This document shows, piece by piece, positions 27,582-35,707 of a stretch of DNA of 64,000 nt. Under the pieces are notes generated by a model. The model searched no databases, was not told the origin of the DNA, and was given only the letters and a program-made list of their open reading frames with translations. The position numbers were made by a program, and so were the translations under genes. Source of the DNA: Vulcanimicrobiota bacterium (GTDB taxonomy: Bacteria; Vulcanimicrobiota; Xenobia; Xenobiales; JADMJV01); the NCBI GenBank assembly GCA_050250895.1, contig JBFWNU010000001.1, positions 2,022,210 to 2,086,209 of the forward strand, read 5' to 3'. How positions within the stretch are numbered: the first letter of the stretch is position 1; each line of letters starts with the position of its first letter.

Positions 27582-28685
27582 ATGTTTACGCCCGGAGTCG
27601 TCCTGCAAGATCGTTACCGCATCGACAAGCTGCTCGGCGAGGGCGGCATGAGCTATGTTTATCTGGCCCACCATCTGCAGCTCGATCGGCCGGTGGCGCT
27701 CAAGGTCGTCAAGCTGCTCTATGCTGACCCCAACGAGGCTCGCCAGCATGCCGAGCAACTGCAGGTCGAGGCTCGCATCATGGCTCGCCTCGACCACCCC
27801 AACCTGGCCCGAGTATTGGATATGTTCCTCGAGGGCAACATCCCGGTGCTGGTGATGGAGCTGATTACCGGCAGGGATCTCGAGCAGACGGCCATTCTGG
27901 CTCCCAAGCCCATCGCCCAACGGCGGGTGATGGCCTGGGCCCGGCAGCTGCTCGACGTGCTGGAATACCTTCACACCCAGGAGCCGCCGGTGATCGTGCG
28001 GGACCTCAAGCCGAGCAACGTGATGCTGGGTCACGACGGCCGCCTGCGCCTGATCGACTTCGGGTTGGCCAAAATGGCGTCGGGTCAGGGCGGCACCCGG
28101 GCCATCGTGCGGGGCATGGGCTCGGAAGGTTATGCACCGCTCGAGCAGTATGCCAAGGCCAGCACCGACGCGCGCTCGGATTTGTATGCCTTCGGAGCCA
28201 CCCTCTACTTCATGCTGACCGACGAGGTGCCCCCGCCGGCCTCGCTGCGGGTGGCTCACGGGGCGCCCGTCAAAGACCCGCGCATCATCAATGATTCGGT
28301 GACTCAAGACCTGTGGACCGCCATCGAGAAGCTGATGGCCCTCAATCCCGACGAGCGCCCGCCCACAGCCGCCGAGGCGCGCCGCTTGCTCGGCCTTGAC
28401 GAGGGTAAGCCCGACGACGGTCGCCGGCGCTGCGTTCAATGCTCAACCACTCTGACCACGGTCGTTCGGCGGGGGGTCGAGATCGACCGCTGCCCTGAGT
28501 GCGGCGGAGTCTGGCTGGATAAGGGAGAGCTCTCACGGTTGACCGAGACGGGCAAGCCCCAATCGCTGCCTCGACCCGCCGCCCTCGGCCCGGCCCCGAA
28601 GAAGAGGCCGAGGAAGGTCGACAGCGACGAACTCGAGACCAAGAGCCTGTGGCAGTCGCTGCTGGAGTTTCTGGACCTGGACTAA
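27582..28685 (+). CDS. Hanks-type Ser/Thr protein kinase with a C-terminal zf-TFIIB-like zinc ribbon. The catalytic loop reads VRDLKPSN instead of HRD.
   Basis: Kinase motifs GEGGMSYVYLA, ALKVVK, DLKPSN, DFGLAK and EGYAPLEQ are present. C-terminal ribbon CVQCSTTL...EIDRCPECGGVWLDKGEL matches the zf-TFIIB pattern. Confidence 0.85.
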   Translation: MFTPGVVLQDRYRIDKLLGEGGMSYVYLAHHLQLDRPVALKVVKLLYADPNEARQHAEQLQVEARIMARLDHPNLARVLDMFLEGNIPVLVMELITGRDLEQTAILAPKPIAQRRVMAWARQLLDVLEYLHTQEPPVIVRDLKPSNVMLGHDGRLRLIDFGLAKMASGQGGTRAIVRGMGSEGYAPLEQYAKASTDARSDLYAFGATLYFMLTDEVPPPASLRVAHGAPVKDPRIINDSVTQDLWTAIEKLMALNPDERPPTAAEARRLLGLDEGKPDDGRRRCVQCSTTLTTVVRRGVEIDRCPECGGVWLDKGELSRLTETGKPQSLPRPAALGPAPKKRPRKVDSDELETKSLWQSLLEFLDLD

Positions 28686-28700
28686 GGGCCTGACAGGGCC

Positions 28701-29858
28701 CTAAGCGTGGGCGCACTCGAAGAAATGGGCGTAGAGGTAAGGAAAGCCCAATAACTCGGCGGTCGGATGCAGGGGCGAGCCCAGGTGGCGTAGAGCGGCC
28801 ACATGCTGCACCCGATAGCTGTTGTTGTAGATGTAGCGGCTAAAATGTTCCTGCGTCTTGAGGATGTTCAACCCTAACTCGTCGAGATCGGCAAAGAGCT
28901 GGTCGGGCTTTTCGATCAGGCCGGGGAAGGTGGTCAGGAACAGGCGGGTGTCGGGGCCCGGAGCCATCGAGGCCACCGCGCACTCGAGAAAAAAGCGCAT
29001 CCCCTTGGCCGCGTAGGGGGGGTCGGTGGTGACCAGGTCGTAGGCGCCCTTCATCGAGTCGGGCACGCCGTGGCGCAGGTTGTGCTGGAGCACGGTTAGA
29101 CGGTCGCCGCCCTTGGCCTGAAGATAGGCCACCAGGTCCTCGTCGAGTTCGAGCACATCTACCTCGAAATCGCCGCCCTGATGCAGCAAAGCCAGCGAGA
29201 CCAGGTCGTCGTCCCCCAGCACCAGCACCCGAGCGCCCGGTTTGAGGGCAGCGATCATCCGCTCTGCCCGGGATTGGGTGGTGCGCGGGATGCAGAATTG
29301 CTGCTCGTAGCGCAGCTTGAGCGCGGGACGCTCGAACAACTGGCGCAGCAGAGCCAGATCCACGGTCTGGTTGTCGGCTTCCAGGTCGTGGGTCAGAAAG
29401 GCGCGCGTGTGGTCGAACATGAAGTCGACCAGGCGATGGGGCTCGTGCATCAGATGGCCGGCCTGAAGGGGGTTGCCGGTGAAGGGTCTGGGCATCCACC
29501 GTTGCCGAAAGATGTCTTCGGCCCGCCCCAGCAGCTCGAGCAAACCGGCCCGGTCGGTGGTGGTCTCGGGCCGCTTGCCCTCGAGTTTCTCCAGTTCGTT
29601 CTTCAGGCTCGCTTCCAGGCGGAGGATGAAGTCCGGAGGTTGGCGGTCTTCGTCGCCCACCAGCACATGGGCCTGGTGGGACCGCTGCAGCCAGGCGTCG
29701 TCAGGCAGAGCGGCCGGGCTCTGAAAGGGAGCCAGCCGCTCCCATCCCTCGGTGTCCATCAGGATGCGGGTTCCGTAGCTGAGGTTGGTCAGCAAGATCT
29801 CGCGTAGGGTGTTGCCGTAGCGGGCATCCAGGTGCTGGGTGAGCCAAACGTTCGCCAT
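28701..29858 (-). CDS. DUF43 / BpsA-like (N4-bis(aminopropyl)spermidine synthase family) putative aminopropyl- or methyltransferase
   Basis: VLVLGDDDLVSLALL and YDLVTTDPPYA are signatures of the DUF43/BpsA family. Start ATG at 29858 (MANVWLTQHLD...). The ORF-track extension to 29930 is not used. Confidence 0.6.
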   Translation of the reverse strand: MANVWLTQHLDARYGNTLREILLTNLSYGTRILMDTEGWERLAPFQSPAALPDDAWLQRSHQAHVLVGDEDRQPPDFILRLEASLKNELEKLEGKRPETTTDRAGLLELLGRAEDIFRQRWMPRPFTGNPLQAGHLMHEPHRLVDFMFDHTRAFLTHDLEADNQTVDLALLRQLFERPALKLRYEQQFCIPRTTQSRAERMIAALKPGARVLVLGDDDLVSLALLHQGGDFEVDVLELDEDLVAYLQAKGGDRLTVLQHNLRHGVPDSMKGAYDLVTTDPPYAAKGMRFFLECAVASMAPGPDTRLFLTTFPGLIEKPDQLFADLDELGLNILKTQEHFSRYIYNNSYRVQHVAALRHLGSPLHPTAELLGFPYLYAHFFECAHA

Positions 29859-29932
29859 CGCCGCCCATTGCCCGGCCAGTCGGATTCTTCCTGCTCGAAG
29901 GGTTGACCCGGCCACATGACAAAGTCGCATCT

Positions 29933-31603
29933 GTGACTACCGAGACCTCAACCAACCCCATCGATGACATCCAACGGCAACTGTTGACCATTATTGGCGG
30001 GCAGGACCCAGCCGAGGTGAAATTCCTGGTCGAAAGCCAACTGGCCATCGTGGCTCGCGAGCTCGAACAGGTGCCCGAGCGGGCCCAGCGGCGCGGTGAC
30101 GACTTCGTGCAGCAGATCTCCCCCTGCCTCGAGGCTTTGATGGAGCAGCTGAGACGCTATCAGACCTGGCTCAAAGAGCTCGACGAGTCACTCGAAGAGC
30201 ACGACACCGGCGGCATCATGCAGGCCTATGAAGAGAGCCAGGAGCTGGCTCCCGCCCTGGTCGCCGCCCAGGACGAATACGTCAAGTTCTTCGCCGGCCA
30301 CGGCCCCCACCAGAGCCAGTGGTCGAACGCCCTCGAGCAGGCAGCCCAGGCGGTGCGACGCGGCGAGGCCGGGCGCGAGCTGTGGCAAGAGCAAGTGGCC
30401 CACTATCAGCGACTGTTCCGTAAGGCGGGTGAAGAGGCTCAGGCCACCAAAATGCCGGGGCGGGCCATCCTGGCCGAGAATTACATCGCGGCCGTGGCTG
30501 CGCTGGAGACGCTGGCGGGCTCTGACCCTACTCAGGCCGAAGCTCTCGCCGAGCCGTTCAAGGCCCTCGACGAGGCTTCCAATGAGGCCGAGAAGATGAA
30601 CAAGCTGATGGTCGAAGCCAGCGCTTCGCCCACCTCGATTCCGGCCACCAACGTGCTGCTCACGGTGGTGCGGCAGGCGATGGCGGGCGAGCTCGAAATG
30701 CAGATCGCCGAGAGCGTGTTTGATGACTATTGCGAGATTTCCGACTCGTTCTGGGAAGGGTTCGAGCAGTCCATCCAGCGACCCATGGATTCGGCCCTGG
30801 TCCAAGACGAGATCCCGCGCACCATCGAATGTGCCGACGCCCAGTATGTGGCCCTCGAGGCCCTCTCCGAAGCCTTGCCAAAGCGCGACGCCCAGGCCGT
30901 CAACGAGGCGCTGCAGCAGCTCGAACAGGTAGCCATGAAACTCAACGAGTCGCGCGAGGTCTATGCCACCGCCGCTCAGCATCAGAGTCACACCATGTGC
31001 CCAGGTTGCGGTCGAGCCAATCCCCCCGAGAATCGCGTCTGCGAGGCTTGCGGTCAGACCCTGCAACGGATGGAGGAGGGGCTCGGCATCGCCTCGTCCA
31101 CTTTCAGCATGCTGACCGGCCCGGCGCTCGAAGAGAACCAGCAGATGGTCATGACCGAGAACGTGGCCAAGCTTTTCGATGCTTGTGACAACGTGGCCGT
31201 CGGCAAGATCACGCCCGAAGAGTTCGCCGAGGTGTTGACCTGGGCCGCCAAAGGTCTCAAGGAGTATGCCGACGAGATCGAGCAGATCGCCATTGATGTC
31301 TCGGACGAGTCGCAGATGTCCGACGAGATGCGCCAGGTTTGGCGCGAACAGCATCTGCCCTATCTGCACGAGGTCACGGCCTCGTTCGAGCAGGGCGTGG
31401 CCGAAGTCGAAGAGGGCCTGAGTTTTATGGCCAACTACCTCAACGAGCCCGACGACCAGCACCTCATCGACGGCGTGCGCGGAGTGTGGGAGGGGATGGG
31501 CACGATCCACCGGGCCCAGCTTTCGCTCGAGACCTCGGTCAAGACCCTCGACGACCTGCTCGAGGAGGCGGCCGAACAGGGCCTGCTAACGGAGGAGGGT
31601 TAG
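29933..31603 (+). CDS. acidic coiled-coil hypothetical protein with an internal Cys4 zinc ribbon (CPGCGRANPPENRVCEACG)
   Basis: Long open frame from TTG 29903. The GTG at 29933 is preferred as the start, but this is uncertain. Divergent from the DUF43 gene. Confidence 0.5.
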   Translation: MTTETSTNPIDDIQRQLLTIIGGQDPAEVKFLVESQLAIVARELEQVPERAQRRGDDFVQQISPCLEALMEQLRRYQTWLKELDESLEEHDTGGIMQAYEESQELAPALVAAQDEYVKFFAGHGPHQSQWSNALEQAAQAVRRGEAGRELWQEQVAHYQRLFRKAGEEAQATKMPGRAILAENYIAAVAALETLAGSDPTQAEALAEPFKALDEASNEAEKMNKLMVEASASPTSIPATNVLLTVVRQAMAGELEMQIAESVFDDYCEISDSFWEGFEQSIQRPMDSALVQDEIPRTIECADAQYVALEALSEALPKRDAQAVNEALQQLEQVAMKLNESREVYATAAQHQSHTMCPGCGRANPPENRVCEACGQTLQRMEEGLGIASSTFSMLTGPALEENQQMVMTENVAKLFDACDNVAVGKITPEEFAEVLTWAAKGLKEYADEIEQIAIDVSDESQMSDEMRQVWREQHLPYLHEVTASFEQGVAEVEEGLSFMANYLNEPDDQHLIDGVRGVWEGMGTIHRAQLSLETSVKTLDDLLEEAAEQGLLTEEG

Positions 31604-32806
31604 GGCGCGAAAGTGCCCGGTCACATCCTCGGCCTCGAGTTTTTGAAGCTCGAGTTTGGCCAGACCGGCTTTGCCCTGCCGCTTGTAGAGGCGGGCCAGC
31701 ACCGAGCGCATGGCCAGGCTGTTGAGATAAGGAGCGGCCAGACTTAAGCCGCGACGCAGCATGCGGGTGGCCTTCATTGGCTCGCCCAGTTGTTCCAGGG
31801 CCAGGGCCGCAGCCCAGCACAGCCGATAGTCGGGTTGGGTTTCGGCTTGAGCCTGCCGGGCCACATCCAGGGCTTGCTGCGGGCGCTCCAGGCGAGCGGC
31901 CACTTCGGCGCACAGCCCGCCCAGATAGAGCTTTCCATCGGGGGGTAGCCCGGGTCGCTCGAACAGCTCGAGCCAACCCTCCAGGGCTTTTTCGGGCTGG
32001 CCAAGGTAGTGCCGGCACGTGCCGCTTAGATAGGCCGACTCGACCGGGTAGTCCTGGCCCAGGCTTTCGAGGATGGGTAAGGCCTGGTCGTAGCGCTGGA
32101 ACCTGACCAGGGCGGCCGCCTGGTCGATTGGCCCGGCCTCATAACCAGCCACCGAACCTTCCACGAAGGGTTGGGCCAGGCGCCGGTACTCGGTGGGGGT
32201 ATAGCCCCCTAGAACCGAGTAGGCCACCGTGGTCATCAAGGCCTCGAGCCGGCACTCTCGGGCGAACTGTTCGGCCTCTTGCCAGAGCTCGCCGGTGGGG
32301 GTGAGAAAATAGTCGATGTCGAGGTCGAACAGAACGGGCTGATCGGGCCGGGGCAGATTCTCGAAGGTCCCAAGCTCGAAGGGGATGCCCATCACCGTTC
32401 CTTCGACCCGACCGTCGACCAGCTTGAGGTGGTGATATTCGGCCAATTCCAGGTCGAACCAGCCGTTGAGATGGGCGCGAGCCCAGGTCAACAGCGAGCC
32501 TTCCACCAGGGAGGGGGGGATGACCCAGGTCAAGCGGTTGACGATGCCTTCGCGGATGGCCGGGTAGAGGTAGTTTCCGCAGTGCAGCCCGCCCCAGGGC
32601 AGATAGGCGTTGCCGGTCAGGCCCTGGTCGCGCGCCTCGTCCAGGCTCTGGCAGGCGGCCAACCTGGCCAGAGTGGTGTCATCCAGTCCATCGGTACCGA
32701 CATCGAGGTGAGCGTCGACATGATAGCACCAGGCAGCCTTGATCCCGGCCCGCTTCCAGACAAAGTAGGCTTCGCAGTGCTCTTCCATGGCCACCCCGGT
32801 GGTCAC
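31586..32806 (-). CDS. UPF0489-family (arginase/deacetylase-fold-like) domain protein with C-terminal TPR repeats
   Basis: N-terminus ...AAWCYHVDAHLDVGTDGL... resembles UPF0489 (the fHiDaHlD motif). The C-terminal half contains TPR-like helices. Overlaps the GNAT gene by 4 nt. Confidence 0.5.
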   Translation of the reverse strand: MTTGVAMEEHCEAYFVWKRAGIKAAWCYHVDAHLDVGTDGLDDTTLARLAACQSLDEARDQGLTGNAYLPWGGLHCGNYLYPAIREGIVNRLTWVIPPSLVEGSLLTWARAHLNGWFDLELAEYHHLKLVDGRVEGTVMGIPFELGTFENLPRPDQPVLFDLDIDYFLTPTGELWQEAEQFARECRLEALMTTVAYSVLGGYTPTEYRRLAQPFVEGSVAGYEAGPIDQAAALVRFQRYDQALPILESLGQDYPVESAYLSGTCRHYLGQPEKALEGWLELFERPGLPPDGKLYLGGLCAEVAARLERPQQALDVARQAQAETQPDYRLCWAAALALEQLGEPMKATRMLRRGLSLAAPYLNSLAMRSVLARLYKRQGKAGLAKLELQKLEAEDVTGHFRALTLLR

Positions 32807-33366
32807 GAACGCTTTTGACGACGCTCTTTCATGGCCTCTCGGCGCTGCTTGAGGCCGGCCAGCCCCTCGGCCACCTGGGCCCGATCTTGGCGAGCCTTCT
32901 CGACCCGCGCCATGAGCGCCTCACCCTCGGGGGTGCACGGTCTCACCAGGCGATAGGCCTCGAGGAAGAAATTGTTGCGCACGGCCGCTTCCCAGCGGGG
33001 ATTGTTGGCGGCCACCTCGCCGGCCATGAAGTCGATGCCCAGCGAGGCGGTCAGTTCGGTGGCTGCGTCAAAGAGGGCGTGACCGACCCCTTTGCCCCAA
33101 TACTTGGGCAGGGCGGCGATGTCTTCCACAAAGGTCTGGCGCCGGCCCAGATCGTCTTGATGGTACAGGTTGAGCAGTAAATAGCCGATCGGCTCACCCC
33201 TGGCCTTGTCGCGAGCCACTAGAAAACGATAGAGCCCCCTGCGCACGTAGTTCTTGAGTTCGGCGAACTCGCTCCGTACGTAGGTGGCTCGGTCTTCGGT
33301 GGTATGCCGCAGGGCGTCTAAAGTGTGAAGCGACGCCGTGGCCGCAAGTTCTTCGATGAAGGACAT
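32803..33366 (-). CDS. GNAT-family N-acetyltransferase
   Basis: Core motifs ...LLLNLYHQDD...GKGVGHALFDAATELTASLGIDFMAGEV. Start at ATG 33366 (MSFIEEL), with GTG 33408 as the alternative. The ORF-track N-terminal extension is not used. Confidence 0.7.
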   Translation of the reverse strand: MSFIEELAATASLHTLDALRHTTEDRATYVRSEFAELKNYVRRGLYRFLVARDKARGEPIGYLLLNLYHQDDLGRRQTFVEDIAALPKYWGKGVGHALFDAATELTASLGIDFMAGEVAANNPRWEAAVRNNFFLEAYRLVRPCTPEGEALMARVEKARQDRAQVAEGLAGLKQRREAMKERRQKRS

Positions 33367-33415
33367 TTCATGCGGCTCGGCGTCGCCGATCTCATACCAC
33401 GTTTCCACGTGGTGG

Positions 33416-33808
33416 TTAGGCGCGGAGGCTGATTCCGAGGTGCATCTCGGCGTGGGGGCCGAACTGAGGGCCACCGTGACCGCCGAAGGGGCTGAACAGG
33501 TTGCCCATGGTGTTGCCGAACCAGCCACCCATGTCGAAGCCGCAACCGCGTGCGCCGTTCATTCCGCAATGCGAAACCGGGCCACACTGGTGTTGGGGAC
33601 AACGATTACCGGCGAAGGCGTTGCGACAACGACCGCAGCCTTGGGCTCCACCGCTGATGCGGTTTGCTAGAGCGTTGTTGAGGTTGGCCTGCGACTGCAT
33701 GAGCTGTTGCTGGGCCGGATTCATTCGAGGGGCTCGGGGACCTCCACCGCCAAAGATTCCACTCGCGATGTTAAGTCCTGCGCTGATGCCAAGCATTTCA
33801 ATAGCCAA
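33416..33808 (-). CDS. Gly/Cys-rich small protein (130 aa, 8 Cys, GGGG tracts), function unknown
   Basis: TTG start at 33808 with GAGGAGA 10 nt upstream. High GC3 in this frame. An AT-rich promoter-like region lies upstream. Motifs CGRCRN...RCPQHQCGPVSHCG...GCGFDMGGWFG. Confidence 0.4.
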   Translation of the reverse strand: MAIEMLGISAGLNIASGIFGGGGPRAPRMNPAQQQLMQSQANLNNALANRISGGAQGCGRCRNAFAGNRCPQHQCGPVSHCGMNGARGCGFDMGGWFGNTMGNLFSPFGGHGGPQFGPHAEMHLGISLRA

Positions 33809-33829
33809 TTTACCCGTCTCCTCTTCTGT

Positions 33830-33925
33830 TTGTGCTTGTTATCATGTATTGCTTCCCAGGGGCCTAAAGTCCAGGTCTGTTTTGTGAAATATTTGTTAAC
33901 TGCGTTAACATGGCCTGCAATTTTG
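33830..33925. promoter_or_regulatory. unusually AT-rich intergenic segment with two HpaI-type palindromes, GTTAACtgcGTTAAC. Probably the promoter or operator of the Gly/Cys-rich peptide gene.
   Basis: The local AT content is far above the window average. GTTAAC appears as a direct repeat 3 nt apart. Confidence 0.35.
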
Positions 33926-34693
33926 TTACGGAAAATAGAGAGTGAAGTGATCCGGGTCTTGATAGGCGATCGTATCGAGGGGTTCGCCCAGTTGGCGATA
34001 CTTTCGCAGGATGGTCTGACCGGCTGCATTAAGCTTCGCAGACCAGTCGGCTCCCTCCTCCAGGTCGTATTGGGGCACCTCGCCCCGTTTGGACGTCACC
34101 ATGCGAGCCTGGCCCAGCACCCCGGCCACTTCGGGCTTGTCGTCGAGGGGATAGAGGTAGACCTTTTTCTCGACCAGGTCTGGGCCCTCGTAGGTGTACG
34201 AGACGAGCCCCTCGGCCCGATGGGCCGCCAGGTCGTAGCCAGCCACCAATTCCTTGAGATGGGACGGCAGCAGCGACAGGTCGCGGGCTCTTAGATACAG
34301 CTTGAACTGGCCTTCTTGAAGGTCCCAGCCCAACCCGTAGAAGCGAAAGTCCGGCCCGTACTCTTGGGGAACGGCGATGCCTCGTTCGGCCAGCACCGGG
34401 GCGGCCCCGGCGAAGGCCTCTTCGGGGTGCGTGACCGAGCCGTAAGCCATGCGCGAAGAGTTGACCTTGTCGCCGTCGACGCGGTGGCTATAGGTATAGT
34501 AGCTGAAATGCTCATAGCCACCCTCTGAGGTCTCGGCGAACGACTGGGCCAGGCGAAAGCAGGTCTCGAGATAGTCTTTTTCGAGGCTCGACAGGCGCCG
34601 GCGAAAAGGAAAGAAGTGGCGGGTGTGCCAGCTGAGCAGATGGCGATGATAGTTGAGGATCGAGTAATCCACGCCGCCTGATTCGACCGCCAC
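33926..34693 (-). CDS. hypothetical protein (~255 aa; ...VDYSILNYHRHLLSWHTRHFFPF...YGLGWDLQEGQFKLYLRARD...)
   Basis: The 3' portion of ORF 33926..35548 is protein-like. The upstream half of that ORF is antisense to the thioredoxin-like gene and is rejected. The start is probably GTG 34693, with GTG 34672 as an alternative. There is no in-frame ATG nearby. Confidence 0.45.
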   Translation of the reverse strand: MAVESGGVDYSILNYHRHLLSWHTRHFFPFRRRLSSLEKDYLETCFRLAQSFAETSEGGYEHFSYYTYSHRVDGDKVNSSRMAYGSVTHPEEAFAGAAPVLAERGIAVPQEYGPDFRFYGLGWDLQEGQFKLYLRARDLSLLPSHLKELVAGYDLAAHRAEGLVSYTYEGPDLVEKKVYLYPLDDKPEVAGVLGQARMVTSKRGEVPQYDLEEGADWSAKLNAAGQTILRKYRQLGEPLDTIAYQDPDHFTLYFP

Positions 34694-34747
34694 ACTTTCG
34701 ATACATTCTGACCAGATTTTTATGGGTCTTTGAACTATCCTGAGGTT

Positions 34748-35683
34748 ATGACTAGAAGAATCCTCGCCACCCTCCTGCTCTGTTTGACCCTCCCCCTGGC
34801 GGCCGACGAGGCCGGAATCATCTGGTTTGGCACCCTCGAGGACGGTCTCAAAGAGGCGGCCCGCACGCACAAGCCGATTCTGTTGATGTCGGCAGCCCCG
34901 CACTGTCACAACGTCCCGGGCATCTGGTGACCGGCTAAGCAAGACGCCGACAGGAGTTTCCTGTCGCAACCGGAGGTCATCGCAGCCTCCCGAAAGTTTG
35001 TCTGCGTGCGGCTGGCCACTTATGAGAACGCCAAGGAAGGAGCCTATTTGAAGGCTTTGTTCCAGACCGGCTCGGGGGAGCTGGAGAATAGTGTCTTTGC
35101 CATCTTGAGCCCCGACGCCAAGGCCTATCTGGTGCCGGCCGGGCGCTCGCCTCGGATGGTCTTCGGCACCGCCCAGCGCATGGCCCAGAGCATGGAAGAG
35201 ATCGGTTCTCGCTATCACGGCAGCACCGCCACTTCGGACCGGTTGCCCAAAATGGCCAATGTCCGCCTGGCTCTCAATGTGGCCGCCTGTGACGACGTGC
35301 CCCTGGTGATCGCGGTGGGTCGCACCGCCAAAGAAGAACGGGCCCTCGAGCAGCGGCTGGCCAACTGGGCCTGGAATTCTTACTTCGCCGGGCGGGCCGA
35401 GTATGCCACCGCCACCAACCTGGCCGAGCTTTCGATGATCAGCGGCGCCAAGCCGGCCAGCGGCTATGTGGTGGTCCAACCCGACCGCTTTGGCCAGCAG
35501 GGCACCGTCATCGCGACCATCGACGGCGATGCGAAGTTGCCCGACCAATTATGGGAGGCCATCGGGCGCTATCAGTCGGCCGGCCAAAAGGATACCGGTT
35601 CGCACATTTCGGCGGGACGCCAGAAGGGTGTTTACTGGCAGACCGTCATTCCCGTCACCGACCCCGGTCCGCGAGGTCGTTAG
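34748..35683 (+). CDS. secreted thioredoxin-fold protein (Thioredoxin_7 / DsbD-gamma-like) with a C-terminal extension. An in-frame TGA at 34928-34930 interrupts the frame, so it is either a selenoprotein candidate or a pseudogene.
   Basis: ORFs 34730..34930 and 35006..35683 are in the same frame. Joined, they read ...IIWFGTLEDGLKEAARTHKPILLMSAAPHCHNVPGIW-[TGA]-PAKQDADRSFLSQPEVIAASRKFVCVRLATYENAKEGAYLKALF.... This matches the i.W..leeAl..AkkegKPvlvdfyAdWCgpC...dpeV...ln..FV.vkvD thioredoxin-domain pattern across the stop. A 7-bp hairpin, CGACAGG-agttt-CCTGTCG, lies 17 nt downstream of the TGA. Confidence 0.45.
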
Positions 35684-35707
35684 AGCCCGGGGCCAGAACC
35701 TGTTCGG

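Noticed and set aside
30188-31510. 440-aa minus-strand ORF
   Set aside because: It is antisense to gene 29933..31603. Its composition is Gly/Leu/Arg-rich and not protein-like.
33926-35548. 540-aa minus-strand ORF as a single gene
   Set aside because: Only the 3' ~255 codons look protein-like. The 5' half is antisense to the thioredoxin-like gene and has a Gly/Arg/His-rich junk composition. The gene was trimmed to 33926..34693.
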